Source of the DNA: Takakia lepidozioides
Taxonomy: Eukaryota > Plantae > Bryophyta
Direction of reading: 5' to 3'
DNA length: 64,000 nt
Assembly: GCA_030704615.1 (NCBI GenBank)
Contig: CM060731.1
Location: 91,264,001 to 91,328,000 of the forward strand
Positions 22,731-34,470 of the stretch are shown piece after piece. Each line of letters begins with the position of its first letter. Position 1 is the first letter of the stretch. Made by a program: the position numbers and the translations under genes. The notes beneath the pieces were generated by a model. The model saw only the letters and a program-made list of their open reading frames with translations, was not told the origin of the DNA and did no database searches.

Positions 22731-24491
22731 ATGGGGTCGGGCAAGCCGAAGCGAAAGCGGAACGGCCCAAAAGATGATGATCCCGGTGAGCCCGATGGGG
22801 GCGACGTGTCACCGAGGCGGCCGTTTGAGGAAGCGATGAATGTTTCCGAAAACGAGGCCGCTCAGGAGCGGGAGGAATCCGAGGAGTCGGAGCCCGAGGA
22901 ATCCTTGAGAGCTCCGACAAACCAAGAGATGCCTCCCATGCCGGCAGCCTTTTGGGAAGGGTTGTTGGCGCAGTTTGGCGGGACGTTGAAAGACGTGTTG
23001 AAGGCGGCTAATGCCACTTCCACTAAGGCAAAGTTTAAGGTGAAGCCTAAGGAACCCGGCACCTTCGAGGGCGTTCGAAACCGGAAGGCACTCAACACCT
23101 GGCTCCTGGAGCTAGAGCAGTACTTCCGGGCGGCCAAGTTGAGTGACGAGGATCGGGTGGAAGTGGCTCCCACCTATTTGAGGGGCTATGCTCAACAATG
23201 GTGGCAGAAACGCCTTCACGACCGAGGCCCAAGCCCGGAAACCTTGAACTGGAGTGGGTTCAAGGAATTGATGAAGAGACAGTTTGTGCCCCTCAACGCG
23301 TCCTGGCTTGCCCGGGACAAGATGAGGAATTTGAAGCAAACAGATGACATTCGGGGGTATGTCCAGGCTTTCAATGTGCTGTTGCTCGAAGTCGCGGACA
23401 TGGCAGAACCAGAAATGGTCTTCAACTTTGTGGCGGGACTGGCCCCATGGGCCAGGCGGAAGTTGGAGGAGAAGCCACCCAAGACTTTGAACGAGGCAAT
23501 TGAGAGGGCTGAATGTTTCTCGGATGTCCCTAGGGGTGAAAGACAAGGCCGTACGGAGCTGAACCACAAGAAGACCCGGCGGGAAGGTGACTCCTTCCGA
23601 CCGGAAAAGAAGTGGGATAGGCCACGCGGCGATAATGGCACGTGGAAATCGAAGGGAGGGCCTTCACACGTCAAGGCGGCACCCGGTGCTCCGAAAGGAA
23701 AAGCGGGTGGAGCGGCTTATGGCGGACAGAAGGCGACCTTTGATGGAGTGTGTTTCAATTGCGGGGAGCCCGGGCACATGGCCAAGAAGTGCACGAAGCC
23801 CCGGCAATTGAACATGACTCGGGCGACCACGGAGCTGTCGGAAGATACCATCAGTCGCTTGGTGGAAGCGGTGGTCGCCAGGACTTGCAAGGTAGGCAAC
23901 TATTCTTGTGAGTTGTATCAGGAAACTGGCGCCCTGCGAAAAGGGAGTCAGTTATTGTTCGTGGATGGGATAATATCCGGAACTAACGTGTCGTTGTTGG
24001 TGGACACAGGAGCGTCGCACTCCTTCATGACGCCGGTGGCGGCGCGAAAGTTGGGACTCCCGACAAGTGACGTGGGGGCCTCTATTGAGGTGCGCTCTGC
24101 CAAAGGAGAACCTCAGTTGGCGACAAGGTTGGCGTTTGATGTTCCTCTTCAACTGGGGAGTTGGGAGGGACGTGAGAACTTCACTATCTGCGAGATCGAT
24201 GGAGTGGATCTCATTTTAGGGATGACCTTTTTGAGCAAATCCGGAGCGGTCATAGATGGCCGCAAGAGAGTAGTCACGCTGCCATGTGGGAATGGTGGCG
24301 AGGTTTTACGAGTGTCGGAAACGCCCAAATCCGTGGGAGGGCGAATAAACCTTCTATCAGCAAAGGAGTGGGCCGTGGAGGAGGCACACGAGTCCCAGTT
24401 TTTGCTTTACATTAGAGAAGTGAAGGAGAAGGCGATGGGGAGCCGAGCCCAGATTGGATCAAGGGGATTTTGGAGAAATACCAGGATGTGA
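22731..24491 (+). CDS. gag: Chromovirus Gag-protease
   Basis: [20 protein letters not shown], knuckle [14 protein letters not shown], protease [10 protein letters not shown]. Confidence 0.9.
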   Translation: MGSGKPKRKRNGPKDDDPGEPDGGDVSPRRPFEEAMNVSENEAAQEREESEESEPEESLRAPTNQEMPPMPAAFWEGLLAQFGGTLKDVLKAANATSTKAKFKVKPKEPGTFEGVRNRKALNTWLLELEQYFRAAKLSDEDRVEVAPTYLRGYAQQWWQKRLHDRGPSPETLNWSGFKELMKRQFVPLNASWLARDKMRNLKQTDDIRGYVQAFNVLLLEVADMAEPEMVFNFVAGLAPWARRKLEEKPPKTLNEAIERAECFSDVPRGERQGRTELNHKKTRREGDSFRPEKKWDRPRGDNGTWKSKGGPSHVKAAPGAPKGKAGGAAYGGQKATFDGVCFNCGEPGHMAKKCTKPRQLNMTRATTELSEDTISRLVEAVVARTCKVGNYSCELYQETGALRKGSQLLFVDGIISGTNVSLLVDTGASHSFMTPVAARKLGLPTSDVGASIEVRSAKGEPQLATRLAFDVPLQLGSWEGRENFTICEIDGVDLILGMTFLSKSGAVIDGRKRVVTLPCGNGGEVLRVSETPKSVGGRINLLSAKEWAVEEAHESQFLLYIREVKEKAMGSRAQIGSRGFWRNTRM

Positions 24492-27290
24492 TGCCGGAGG
24501 ATTTACCAAGCGGCTTGCCACCGCGAAGAGGAGTTGACCACAAGATTGAGGTGATACCGGGATCGGGACCGCCTGCCAAGGCGCCCTACCGGTTGAGCCA
24601 CAGAGAGTTGGTCGAGCTGAAGACTCAGCTCAAGGATCTAATGTCAAAGGGGTACATCCGGCCGAGTAAGTCACCTTACGGAGCCCCGGTGCTATTTGCA
24701 GACAAGAAGGATGGGACGCTGCGGATGTGTGTCGATTACAGGGCTCTGAATAAGGTGACTATCAAAAACCGGTACCCTTTGCCAAGGATCGACGACCTCT
24801 TCGATCGGTTGGCAGGAGCAAGTATTTCAGCCGGATCGACTTGCGCTCCGGCTATCACCAAATTCGGGTGGCGAAGGAGATGAGGAGAAGACCGCGTGCA
24901 GGACAAGGTATGGTTCATATGAGTTCTTGGTGATGCCTTTTGGGCTCACCAATGCACCAGCGACATTTAGCACGCTGATGAACAGCCTTTTCCAGGAGTG
25001 GTTGGATGACTTTGTGATCGTGTACATCGACGACATCTTGGTGTACTCAAAAACAAAGGAGGAGCACCTGGAGCACCTCAAAAGGGTGTTCCAAAAATTG
25101 CGAGAAGGGAAGCTGTATGCCAAAGCTTCAAAGTGCGAATTCGGGGTCACAAAAGTGGAGTTCTTGGGGCATGTGATTACACAGGATGGGATCAAAATGG
25201 ATGACAGAAAGGTGAGGGCGATCTTGGACTGGGAGCCTCCGACTTCGGTCCCGGGAGTGCGATCCTTCCTAGGACTCGCCTCCTATTACCGGAAGTATGT
25301 GAGAAATTTCGCCAAGATCGCGGGGCCGCTGTCGGACCTTCTGTGTAAATCCAAAGTCTGGGTATGGAACACATTTTGTGGCCAAGCTTTTGCTGAATTG
25401 AAGCAGCGGATGACGGAAGCTCCAGTCTTGAAAATCCCGGAGTTCGATCGTCCGTTTGAGATTCATACAGATGCATCGGACTTCGCAATTGGGGGTGTAC
25501 TTATGCAAGATGGACGTCCAGTGGCTTACGAAAGTAAGAAACTGAATGAAGTGGAGCGACGGTGGCCGACGCACGAAAAAGAGATGAAGGCGGTGGTGCA
25601 TTGCCTTGAACTCTGGCGCCACTATGTTGGTTCCAACCCAGTGAAGGTGTTCACGGACAATGTCACGGTGAAGTATTTTGCCACGCAGCCCAAGTTGTCC
25701 CCAAAACAACTTAGGTGGCAAGATACTTTGGCAGTGTTCGACGTGGATATCCAGTACAAACCGGGACGGGACAATGTGGTGGCCGATGCTTTAAGTAGAA
25801 AGCAGCAGCTCTTGTTGGTGTACAAGGGCGAGACGGCGCTCCAAAGGAAGATCCGGAAGGCTTGCCGGAAGGATGAGCTGGCAAAGTGCGTGATGCAGGA
25901 CTTGAGAATGGGGGTTAAATCGCAGTTCCACTTGCAAAACGGACTGCTCCGGTATAAGCAAAAACGTCTCTATGTGCCAAAGGGAGGGATCAGGGATAGT
26001 CTCTTGAGAGAATGCCATGATAGCCCGCTTGCGGGCCACGGTGGAGCCAAGCGCACTGCGGCACTCTTGAAGAAAGAATATTTCTGGCCCAAACTGAGGG
26101 AGGAGGCAGAGGAGTATGTCAAGACATGCACCACATGCCAACAAAACCGGAGCGAGTACAAAAAGCAAGCGGGGCTGTTACAACCCTTGCCGATTCCAGA
26201 GGGGACTTGGGAAAGCGTCTCGATGGATTTCATGACTGCTATGCCGTTGTCAAAAGGATTCGATGCAATCATGGTGGTGGTAGATAGGTTCAGTAAAATG
26301 GCCCATTTCATCCCCACCAAGGAGACGGCAACGGCGCAGGAGACAGGGCGACTTTACTTCGCCCACGTCTTAAAGCATCATGGAGTCCCGAAGGATATTG
26401 TCTCGGACCGCGATCCAAAGTTTACGAGTAAATTCTGGAGAGCACTTTGGAAGAAGATGGGGACGAGGCTGAAGATGAGCACCGCCTTCCGACCTACGAC
26501 GGACGGCCAAACGGAAAGAGTGAATTCCGTAGTGAAGCAATTCTTGCGGAATTACGTGTCGGCAGACCAATCAGACTGGATGGAACACTTAGACGCGGCA
26601 GAGTTCTGTTATAATAACACAGAACACTCCGCGACGGGAGTTTCCCCTTTTGTGTTGGTCTATGGAAAAGCACCTCTGGTGCCGACAAGTTGGGCCGCCC
26701 AGGACGTTGAGGAACCGGCAGTAGCGGCGGTACTGGAAGAACGCGAGCGTTTGTTGAAGCTCGCAAAGTACAACATTGCCAAAGCTAGGAAACGGTATGA
26801 AAGGCAGGCGAATCGGAAGCGGAGGGAAGTGAAGTTTGAGGCAGGCACAGAGGTCTGGTTGAACATCAAGAATTTTCGACTACCTCCGGAAGTGAGTCCG
26901 AAGTTCGTACCTCCGTATGCGGGTCCCTTTCGCATTCGGAGGGTTATGAATGAGGATGTGTATGAATTGGAGCTGCCGGCAAACAGCAAGGTGCACCCAG
27001 TATTCCATGTCTCCCTTTTGAAGCCTTACTTCAAAGATGAAGCACGTCCGAATCGGCAGCAAGTGTTGCGTCCGCCACCTATGCTGTTGGATCATGAAAA
27101 TGAACCTGAGTACGAGGTGGAGGCAATACTTAAGTCGAGGAGGTTCAAGAACCGAGAAACAGAGTATCTCGTCAAATGGAAGGGCTATCATCTTGTGGAG
27201 GCATCTTGGGTGCGTGCCTCAGAAATGGGAAACGCATCCGAGGCAGTTGCAGCGTTCGAAGGGCGACCTCAAAAGCGGAAGAAACGTTGA
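24470..27290 (+). pseudogene. pol: Chromovirus RT-RNase H-integrase-chromodomain, frameshifts near 24480 and 24820
   Basis: [74 protein letters not shown]. Confidence 0.93.
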
Positions 27291-28195
27291 TGGGGACATC
27301 AACCTTGGAGCGTGGGGGAGGAAATGCATGCTTAGCCCGGTTTAGCTAGCTCAGGAATCCGATTGCAAAAACTTGTATTGTACAAACATTTGTTATAAAG
27401 GAAATGGGTTCCAAATATTATGCGTCCTATTGTGTTTGGAATGGTGATGCATGGTGTGTTTGGCTAGTGTGTAGAATGCATGCTAGCTTACAAAAGTGGG
27501 AGAGGTAAATTGGGTAATCGTGTGTTTGCGCAGTGCCGAAATCGGGTGACTCCCATCCCAGGGGCAAGGAAACTTGCGCCTTCTTTGGGAGTTCACGTGC
27601 TAGTGCGCACCTGGCGCGTGCGCGTACTATAACTGCGCTACCGAGGGGGTTGCCTTGTAGTGCGGGCTAACGCGGAAGCTACGTGCTTCCGTTCACGTAC
27701 TATAATCGTGTAACCTCGGGACGAAGTCGTAGTGCGGCTTCGACGTGTTCCCGTACCTCAGGCCAGCATTCCAAGGCGGACCCAATTGTAGTGATTGGGG
27801 CGCACGGTTGGTTCAAGGTTACCTTCCTAGTCAAAGAGGGTTCCAGGTGAACCCTTGCTCAAGGTGATGCCAAAAGCGGCATCATGAGCGATCGCAAGCA
27901 ATGTTGTTGCAGTAAGGCGATTCGATCCTCGGGGAGGATCGTTCCTTGGCCTTGAAGTAGGCCAAGAAGAGTGCACTGAGAGGAGCTGGAGAGGCTCCAC
28001 CCTTGGCCGGGACTTGGAGGAAGTCGGCCGAACTAGCTAGTGGAGAGTAGAGTCAAGTGTGGGGTTTGGTTCTTTGCCATGGGACGCCATGGTACAGAAA
28101 CAAACTCCTTGATGTGGGACGCCACAACTTGGATGTTCGTTTCTACAAAATGGACAAGTCGATGAGGACATCGACTCCCTGTTGGTAGGGGTGTG

Positions 28196-28944
28196 TGTCG
28201 CGGCCCTTTGCCTTGAGGGCAGGGGGTCGGGACACATCAGGGGCTGCCCCTGTGGTGGGGGCAGCGGCAGCGATAGGTATGGGGGGCTGAGGCACCCTTG
28301 AGTGCCCAAGGCACTCAGGGAAGCGGAGGCGCTCACTAGGTGAAGCCCCGCACACCGGGTTGCGGTGGGGGTGGCTCCACAAGCGGTGGGGTTGGCTCCA
28401 CAAGGGGTGGTGGTAGCTTAGTGGGACTTAGTGGGGGTGGCATAGGACTCACCATGGGGGCGGAGACCTCGTGGTGGGAGTCGTGGGGAGTCTTGGGACT
28501 CATCACGGTCCATAGGGGCCGTGGTGAGCGGGCCAAGACTCACCGCGACTCACCACCGGGAGTCGAGGGTTTTCGTGGTGGTTCGCCATAAAATGGCATG
28601 GCTGGTTGTGGAACCCCCGCGGACAGCTACAGAAGTATATATAGGGAGTAGTAACCCCGAGAACGGTGCAAGCCCGTTGGTGACCAAAAACTAGTGAGTA
28701 AGCGAGCGAGCCGGAAAGCGACCAAAGAGTGGGGAGCTGTTCCGGACTGCCATCTACCAAAGGGAATTCTCCTAGTCCCAAAGAGGTGGAGGGTTTAGAA
28801 GGAAGCGAAGGGGGGGACCGTTATGTCCCGGTGAGCAGCCGAAGCTCCAAGTTGGCCCGGGCGGCCAGGTTGGGAGTCAGGCGCGCGCATCAAAGCGAGT
28901 AACTAGGACTTGAAGGGGAGCTTACCGGAGTGAGGTGCGCGACA
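28196..28944 (+). repeat. Chromovirus 3' LTR (749 bp)
   Basis: Differs from the 5' LTR by about 2 substitutions and 3 homopolymer indels by eye. Confidence 0.95.
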
Positions 28945-30257
28945 GAAGCCATCCATGAATGAGTACATCTCATGGCCTGCCACAGTGTCCAATACTGCTT
29001 CTGTGAATGGCAAAGGGAAAGGATCTTTCTTCGTACAAGCATTCAGCTTCTTGTAGTTCACACAAACTCTTAGTTTACCATTCTTCTTGGGAACTATCAC
29101 AATGGGTGACAACCAAGTTGTATACTCTATTGGGTATATAAACTTAGCCTCAGCCAACTTCTTGATCTCTTCTCCAACCTTCTGTGTGTAGTTGGGATTC
29201 ATTCTGTACCTTGCCTGCTTGATTGGTACTGACCCTGGTTCCAGTTCAATCTTATGCTGACAGATTTCAGGTGGTATCCCTTTTAGATCCTCATAGCTCC
29301 AAGCAAATACATCTCTGTATTAGATGAACAAACTCTTAGCTTCTTCAAAGAATTCTGGCTCCAAATCAGCTCCTACCTTCACCATCCTCGGTTCCTCTTT
29401 AGTTCCCACATTCACTTCCCTCACCTGCTCATCAGCTGTGATTGTCCAACCAGTCACCACTTCATCCTGTAAACTCACAGTGGCTGGTTCCTCTAGGATT
29501 TCCATTTCTCCTTCTCTTTCTTCATAGAAATGTGATGGGTAACTGTTGGTTTCCTCTTCAATTGGTGTTGCTGACACTACACCACAGCAGATACCTCTTA
29601 AACAACTTAGGCCTTCCAGCCGCATCTCTGCAACCTGCTCCCACTCTGGGTGTGCCGCAAACAGGGTAGCTTCCTGCTCCTCATCCAGTCCTCCTCTCCA
29701 ATCATACTCTCGACCCCTCGAGGTCTTCTTGTAGCAGGTAATCTACTAGATTTCTTTGTGGTAATTTGTATCTCGTGCATCCCATTATGCACGGTTAGTA
29801 CCTGAGAATTCCAGTCATGGAATACCCTGGCCTGTTTCAGCCACGGACGTCCCAATAATAAGGAGTAAGCCTCCATGACTTCATCCATCTTCAACACAGT
29901 TACTGTGATCATAAAGATCATCTTCTGTATCTGTATCTTAACTCCTCTTATTAATCCCAATGGTTGTACACTTCTTTGATCTGCCATTGTTACTGTAAAT
30001 GGGGCTGGTTTCATGTTACTTAGACCAAGCTTCTTCCTTAATTGGTCTGTCATGATATTTACTCCAGAGCCTCCATCTATCAGTACATCAGTTAGTTCTG
30101 TGCTTCCAATTCTCAATTGGATTACTGGCATAGAATCATCAAAGTTCATGACTGTTTCTCGCCCTTCTGGCTTCACATTATAACTGGTCACCTTGTTGTT
30201 CAGGTCTGTGTTTCCTGTCTCCTGGGCAATTCGATTGATTGCTTGATACAACCTGTG

Positions 30258-31012
30258 TCATGACAGAAAAGATGAAGAAGTCATTAGGATTGGGGCACAT
30301 GGAACCTGCTCCATTCACGGTACGAATGGCTGATCAACGAAAAGTGCAGCCATTGGGGATCATCAGACGACTTGCAATGGAAGTAGCAGGACTGGTATAC
30401 GAAATATCAGTAACCATTCTCAGAATGGAGGATGTGGCAGAGGGATATTCACTACTACTTGGCCGACCATGGTTAACACAAGCCCAATTACACCACGATT
30501 GGGGAAGTCAGACTCTCACAATCAAACAAGTCACCATCACGACAAAGCAACGAGGTACCATTCCACGAGAGAAACGACCTTGCATAGTGGAAAATATGAT
30601 TGGTCCAGTGGACTGTTGGATGAAGAAGAAGCCACAGTATACGTAGCACATCCACAATTGGAACCTATTGGACAACTAGTGGTCATGCATACCACAACAG
30701 TAGGATGTCACATGGTGAACACCCAAGGAGAACCAAATACTTCGAGAACTTAAGATCCAGAGGAAGAAGCGATGGACACACCTCAACACCCGGCCCGGTT
30801 CTATCAAGAAAGGGAAGAAGACATTCAAATCAGTGAAGTACCTGCCACAATTGCAACCATCGGACAAGAGATTGTAGGATGGACAGTAACAGAAGAAACT
30901 CAATTGATTCAAGTGAATCTGGGAACAGTGGAAGAACCACAGATAATACGAGTAAGTGCAGGTCTTGAATAATCATTTCTACGAGAAGCCACTGCATTAT
31001 TCACTGAATTTT
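30258..31012 (+). pseudogene. Inverted fragment of protease/linker region from a diverged sister Gypsy family
   Basis: MEPAPFTVRMADQRKVQPLG, YSLLLGRPWL, VNLGTVEEP; clearly diverged from G1/G3 and in opposite orientation to its flanks. Confidence 0.8.
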
Positions 31013-31450
31013 TAACTGCAATGGTGTTGGAGAGTCTGAACTCTCCGTTGGCTCTGCCACATCCTCTCCTCCTTCTTCACCTTCCGCTTCAGAAATTGGA
31101 GTTCCTGCTTTTGGTGTTCCATGCCAACTCTTATCAAAGATTTCTGTCAAATCTTTTATCCAGGGATGTACCTCAGATCTTTCACCTCGTGATTGATCTT
31201 CTTCCCGTACCAATTCCCTTAATCTTTCTTGCAAAGAAAAAGAAGGAGTGGCATCCAACTCTAGTTTTTCCGGTATGGGTGATGTACTCTCTGATCTTAA
31301 TGGTGTGAGAGGTCCAGATGATTCCCCTATGTCTATTCCTCTCTCCCAAAGATATGGATAATTAGCTTTCAGATAGCTTTCTCTTTTTGCTGAATATCTC
31401 TGGCGTCTAGCTTCTCTTTCATCACTCATGTCCCATGTCTTTCATTTCTT

Positions 31451-32146
31451 TTAATGTGGCAATAACCAAAACTCTCTTCTGTAATATCTCTCGTATATGC
31501 CTGGGTTTCTTTCAAGCTTCAATGCACCCTTGGCTATACTTGAAGTCTCCGTTACCATACAACCATATGGCAAACAAGTCTGGAAAGCTGTTCTTGGTGT
31601 GAGTTTGATCCACAAAATATCCTTTGGAATCCAATTCTTTACCAGTACAAGCTCTTCATGCATATGAGTATAAATATTCACCTTCCTTTCCTCCCAGCCT
31701 TCAAACTCTACTCGCTTAATGGATAGCAATGCTATCACATAAACCAATGTTGGTAACCAACGTGCTCTTCCTCTACAGGCCACCTGATAAATCTTTATCA
31801 CTCCTTTCTCCAGACCCCACTCAGGATCAGCATCATGCACTCTCTTAAGAATGTTTTCTTTACAACCGTCTGGCAATTCCAAGAACCTCTGAAAGAATCG
31901 TTTGGACAATCTTTCCTTCTCAGTTTCACAAGGAATTTGATTCACATCAAATTCTTTAATTCTCCAACCACCATGATCCCACCAGATGCCTGTCACATCT
32001 GGTTGTTCATGACCCGGTTCCCCAGTATGGTCGCCAAATGTCGCGCGACTTTTACTCAACCATCCCTTCGCTATCTGAGGCGGAAACTCCAAGATAGAAG
32101 AGTTGGAAATCTCTAAGCACTCAGCCCGCTCAGAACAATCAGTCAT
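31451..32146 (-). CDS. ORF upstream of gag (231 aa), starting inside the LTR; unknown function
   Basis: Open from an ATG in the LTR through the PBS; homologue 11580-12220 is nearly identical in protein apart from a frameshift. Confidence 0.55.
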   Translation of the reverse strand: MTDCSERAECLEISNSSILEFPPQIAKGWLSKSRATFGDHTGEPGHEQPDVTGIWWDHGGWRIKEFDVNQIPCETEKERLSKRFFQRFLELPDGCKENILKRVHDADPEWGLEKGVIKIYQVACRGRARWLPTLVYVIALLSIKRVEFEGWEERKVNIYTHMHEELVLVKNWIPKDILWIKLTPRTAFQTCLPYGCMVTETSSIAKGALKLERNPGIYERYYRREFWLLPH

Positions 32147-33170
32147 GACCTACAGCTAGTGTATCATGGGGGTGTTTCCTATTTGTTTTCCTTCCCGCAT
32201 TCATGTTAGCTAGTTACCTTACTGTTGGTAATTAAGTATCAGTTTGCTTCAGCAATCTATCGGATTCCATCAACTCATCCATTCATTCCACAGCTTCACT
32301 CAGATCTCTCTACACAGTGTGAGTATGAAGTATGTATCAGATTAATATCTATCAAGTATCAGGCTGAAGCCATGGTGTCTCTAATCTGCTCTACATTACA
32401 ACTCTACTGCTTGCATTCATTAAGCATCAACAGATTGTCCTCCTCCTACTCCGTGCTCTCCCTCTTCTGCTCAGAGATGCGCTCTCTGCCTCATTTCCCC
32501 CAGTGATGTCCAAAGTCCCCCCCAAGAAGTGCTCCCCCAGAATTGATCATTTTTCAGTCCTCGCTCCTGGCTTTATCTTCCTACCCGTTGTTCTAACCGT
32601 TTCCCTCACTAACCGTCATCCGTGAACTAACATGTTCCATTCACAGATGTTGTTCCCCACAGTCGTTCCCTGTCCTGCTATCCGTTCCCTATGGTTGTGA
32701 CAACTGTGTCAAGCTGTGACTGGCTGTGTGAAACTGTGACCAGCTGTGACCGGCTGTGTCGGGCTGTGCGACTGTGTTGGGCTGTGTCGGGCTGTGTCGG
32801 GTTGTGACGGGCTGTGTTGACTATGACTGGCTGTGTTGGACTATGACGGGCTGTGTTGACTGTGACTGGCTGTGTTGGCTGTGTCGGGCTGTGTCGGCTG
32901 TGCGAAGCTGTGACGGGCTATGTTGGCTGTGTCTGGCTGTGTCGGATGTGTCGGACTGTGACGGGCTGTATTGGCTGTGATGGGTTGTGTTGGACTGTGA
33001 CAAGCTGTGTTGGCTGTGATGGGCTATGTCGGACTGTGACGGGCTGTGTAACCCCCCCTAAAGTGCGCTACTGTCACCCCTAAGGCTCCTGTTGGTCTGA
33101 GTCTGTGCAAAAATTAAGGGTACCCCACAGATCTCGTAAAAGTGCCTAAGTCCCAAGCAGCCTTCTAACA
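32039..33170 (-). repeat. 5' LTR of G3
   Basis: Minus strand TGTTAGAAGG...GCGCGACA then PBS. Confidence 0.92.
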
Positions 33171-33317
33171 CCCACTCATTGTGCGGTAAACCCTTAGCAG
33201 AGGAGTAGAAAGCAAATCACCTTTGTGATGGTCGGTAGCGACAATCCCTGTTTGGGACATTCCACTCAATCTCTACGCATATCTTCAACAATGAAATGTA
33301 AGTTAGATAAAACTTAC

Positions 33318-33713
33318 TGGCGCCTTCTTAGGTTTTGAAATTGGATCCCCTTCTGCAGCTTTCCTCTTCCCTCTCACATCTGCTGGAATTTCTGTGTGCT
33401 CTAGGGTTTCTGGACCTTCTCCCGGTTCGGCGTTCCGCGTGCTTCCACCTCCTTCAGTGTCCCTACGAATCATCTCTGCCTCCACAGGCTGGCGCACTCT
33501 TATCGCCGACTGTGTCACAGCCGCTGCCTCAGTCTCCGTCTGCTCTTCTGAATCAGTCTCCGCGTTCACCTGCTGCCTTGGCCCTGTGTTCTCCAACAAA
33601 TGACGCCTCGTCATTTGCTCTCTTGCTCTGCGTCTCTCTCTAAGGGAAGTAAAATAAAGAGACTTTCTTCTCTTTCGTATTGTAGAAGGAACCCTCTCCA
33701 GCTTGACTACCAC
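33318..33713 (-). pseudogene. Early exon of the ParB-MTase partner gene of M1
   Basis: RKRRKSLYFTS.R.R.RAR shared with 51524-51841; ends at a GTAAGT donor at 33317. Confidence 0.65.
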
Positions 33714-34470
33714 TCTCTCTCTAAGCGCGAAAAGTAGAAAAACGCAGTGACTCTCGATTTCTTGCGGGATTGCCTGCGTTCTTGCGTGTCTCTAGAAGCA
33801 TCGAATTCCCTCTCGCGTGACCGTTACACATAGTCGTTCCCTTATTAGTGCACATGCCAGCAATTGGTGTACAACTGTTCGTATTCAGTTATGGATGTCT
33901 GACGTGTGTCGCCCAAAATAAACGGCGTGTTCTTTATTAGAACGGTTTCAATATTTAAAAATAACAGCGAATCCCAGAAATCTTGGCGCACAGTCTTACA
34001 CAAATAAATGTAAATGAACGAGAGTTTGATGACAAATCTTGGAATATCATACACGGTCATCCTTGTTAGCCAAACCCCACATTCGTTTCACATTTGGAAC
34101 TTTTCAGGTGCGCATGATCATTGGTAGTAGTATAAAGATACATTTACTTAATCTGCAATCCCATCCTCAGATCCTGTGGCATGCTTCCAGGAAGTTGGCT
34201 TTGTTATTGGGTTTATTGATGAGGTTCTGGTTAACGGTTTAACAGCTGCCGACACTGCTCCTAGGGATACTCTGACCACTGGGCCCACAAGAAAAGTAAT
34301 TAAAATGGACGGCTGCATATCTGGAAAGAATAACATAATATGCACAGTCGTTGTCTGACCTTCCGCCGCCATATTCTCTGCTCATTCTTCAACTGTGTTC
34401 TGGAGACATCAGTAAACCGATTTACACTAGATATGTGATAGCAAGGTACAAACGTACGCGTGGAAGGAAG

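Larger units (their letters stand above)
21928..28944 (+). mobile_element. Full-length Ty3/Gypsy chromovirus, recent insertion
   Basis: Near-identical TG..CA LTRs, 5-bp TSD GAAGC (21923-21927 and 28945-28949), iMet PBS, chromodomain-bearing integrase. Confidence 0.97.
20825..33170 (-). mobile_element. Same-family Gypsy copy G3, degenerate: 5' LTR, PBS, upstream ORF, gag start, internal deletion, pol to start of integrase; hosts the chromovirus; no 3' LTR
   Basis: Minus-strand pol fragments 28950-30257 and 20825-21927 closely match 1660-4097 with stops and indels. Confidence 0.9.
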
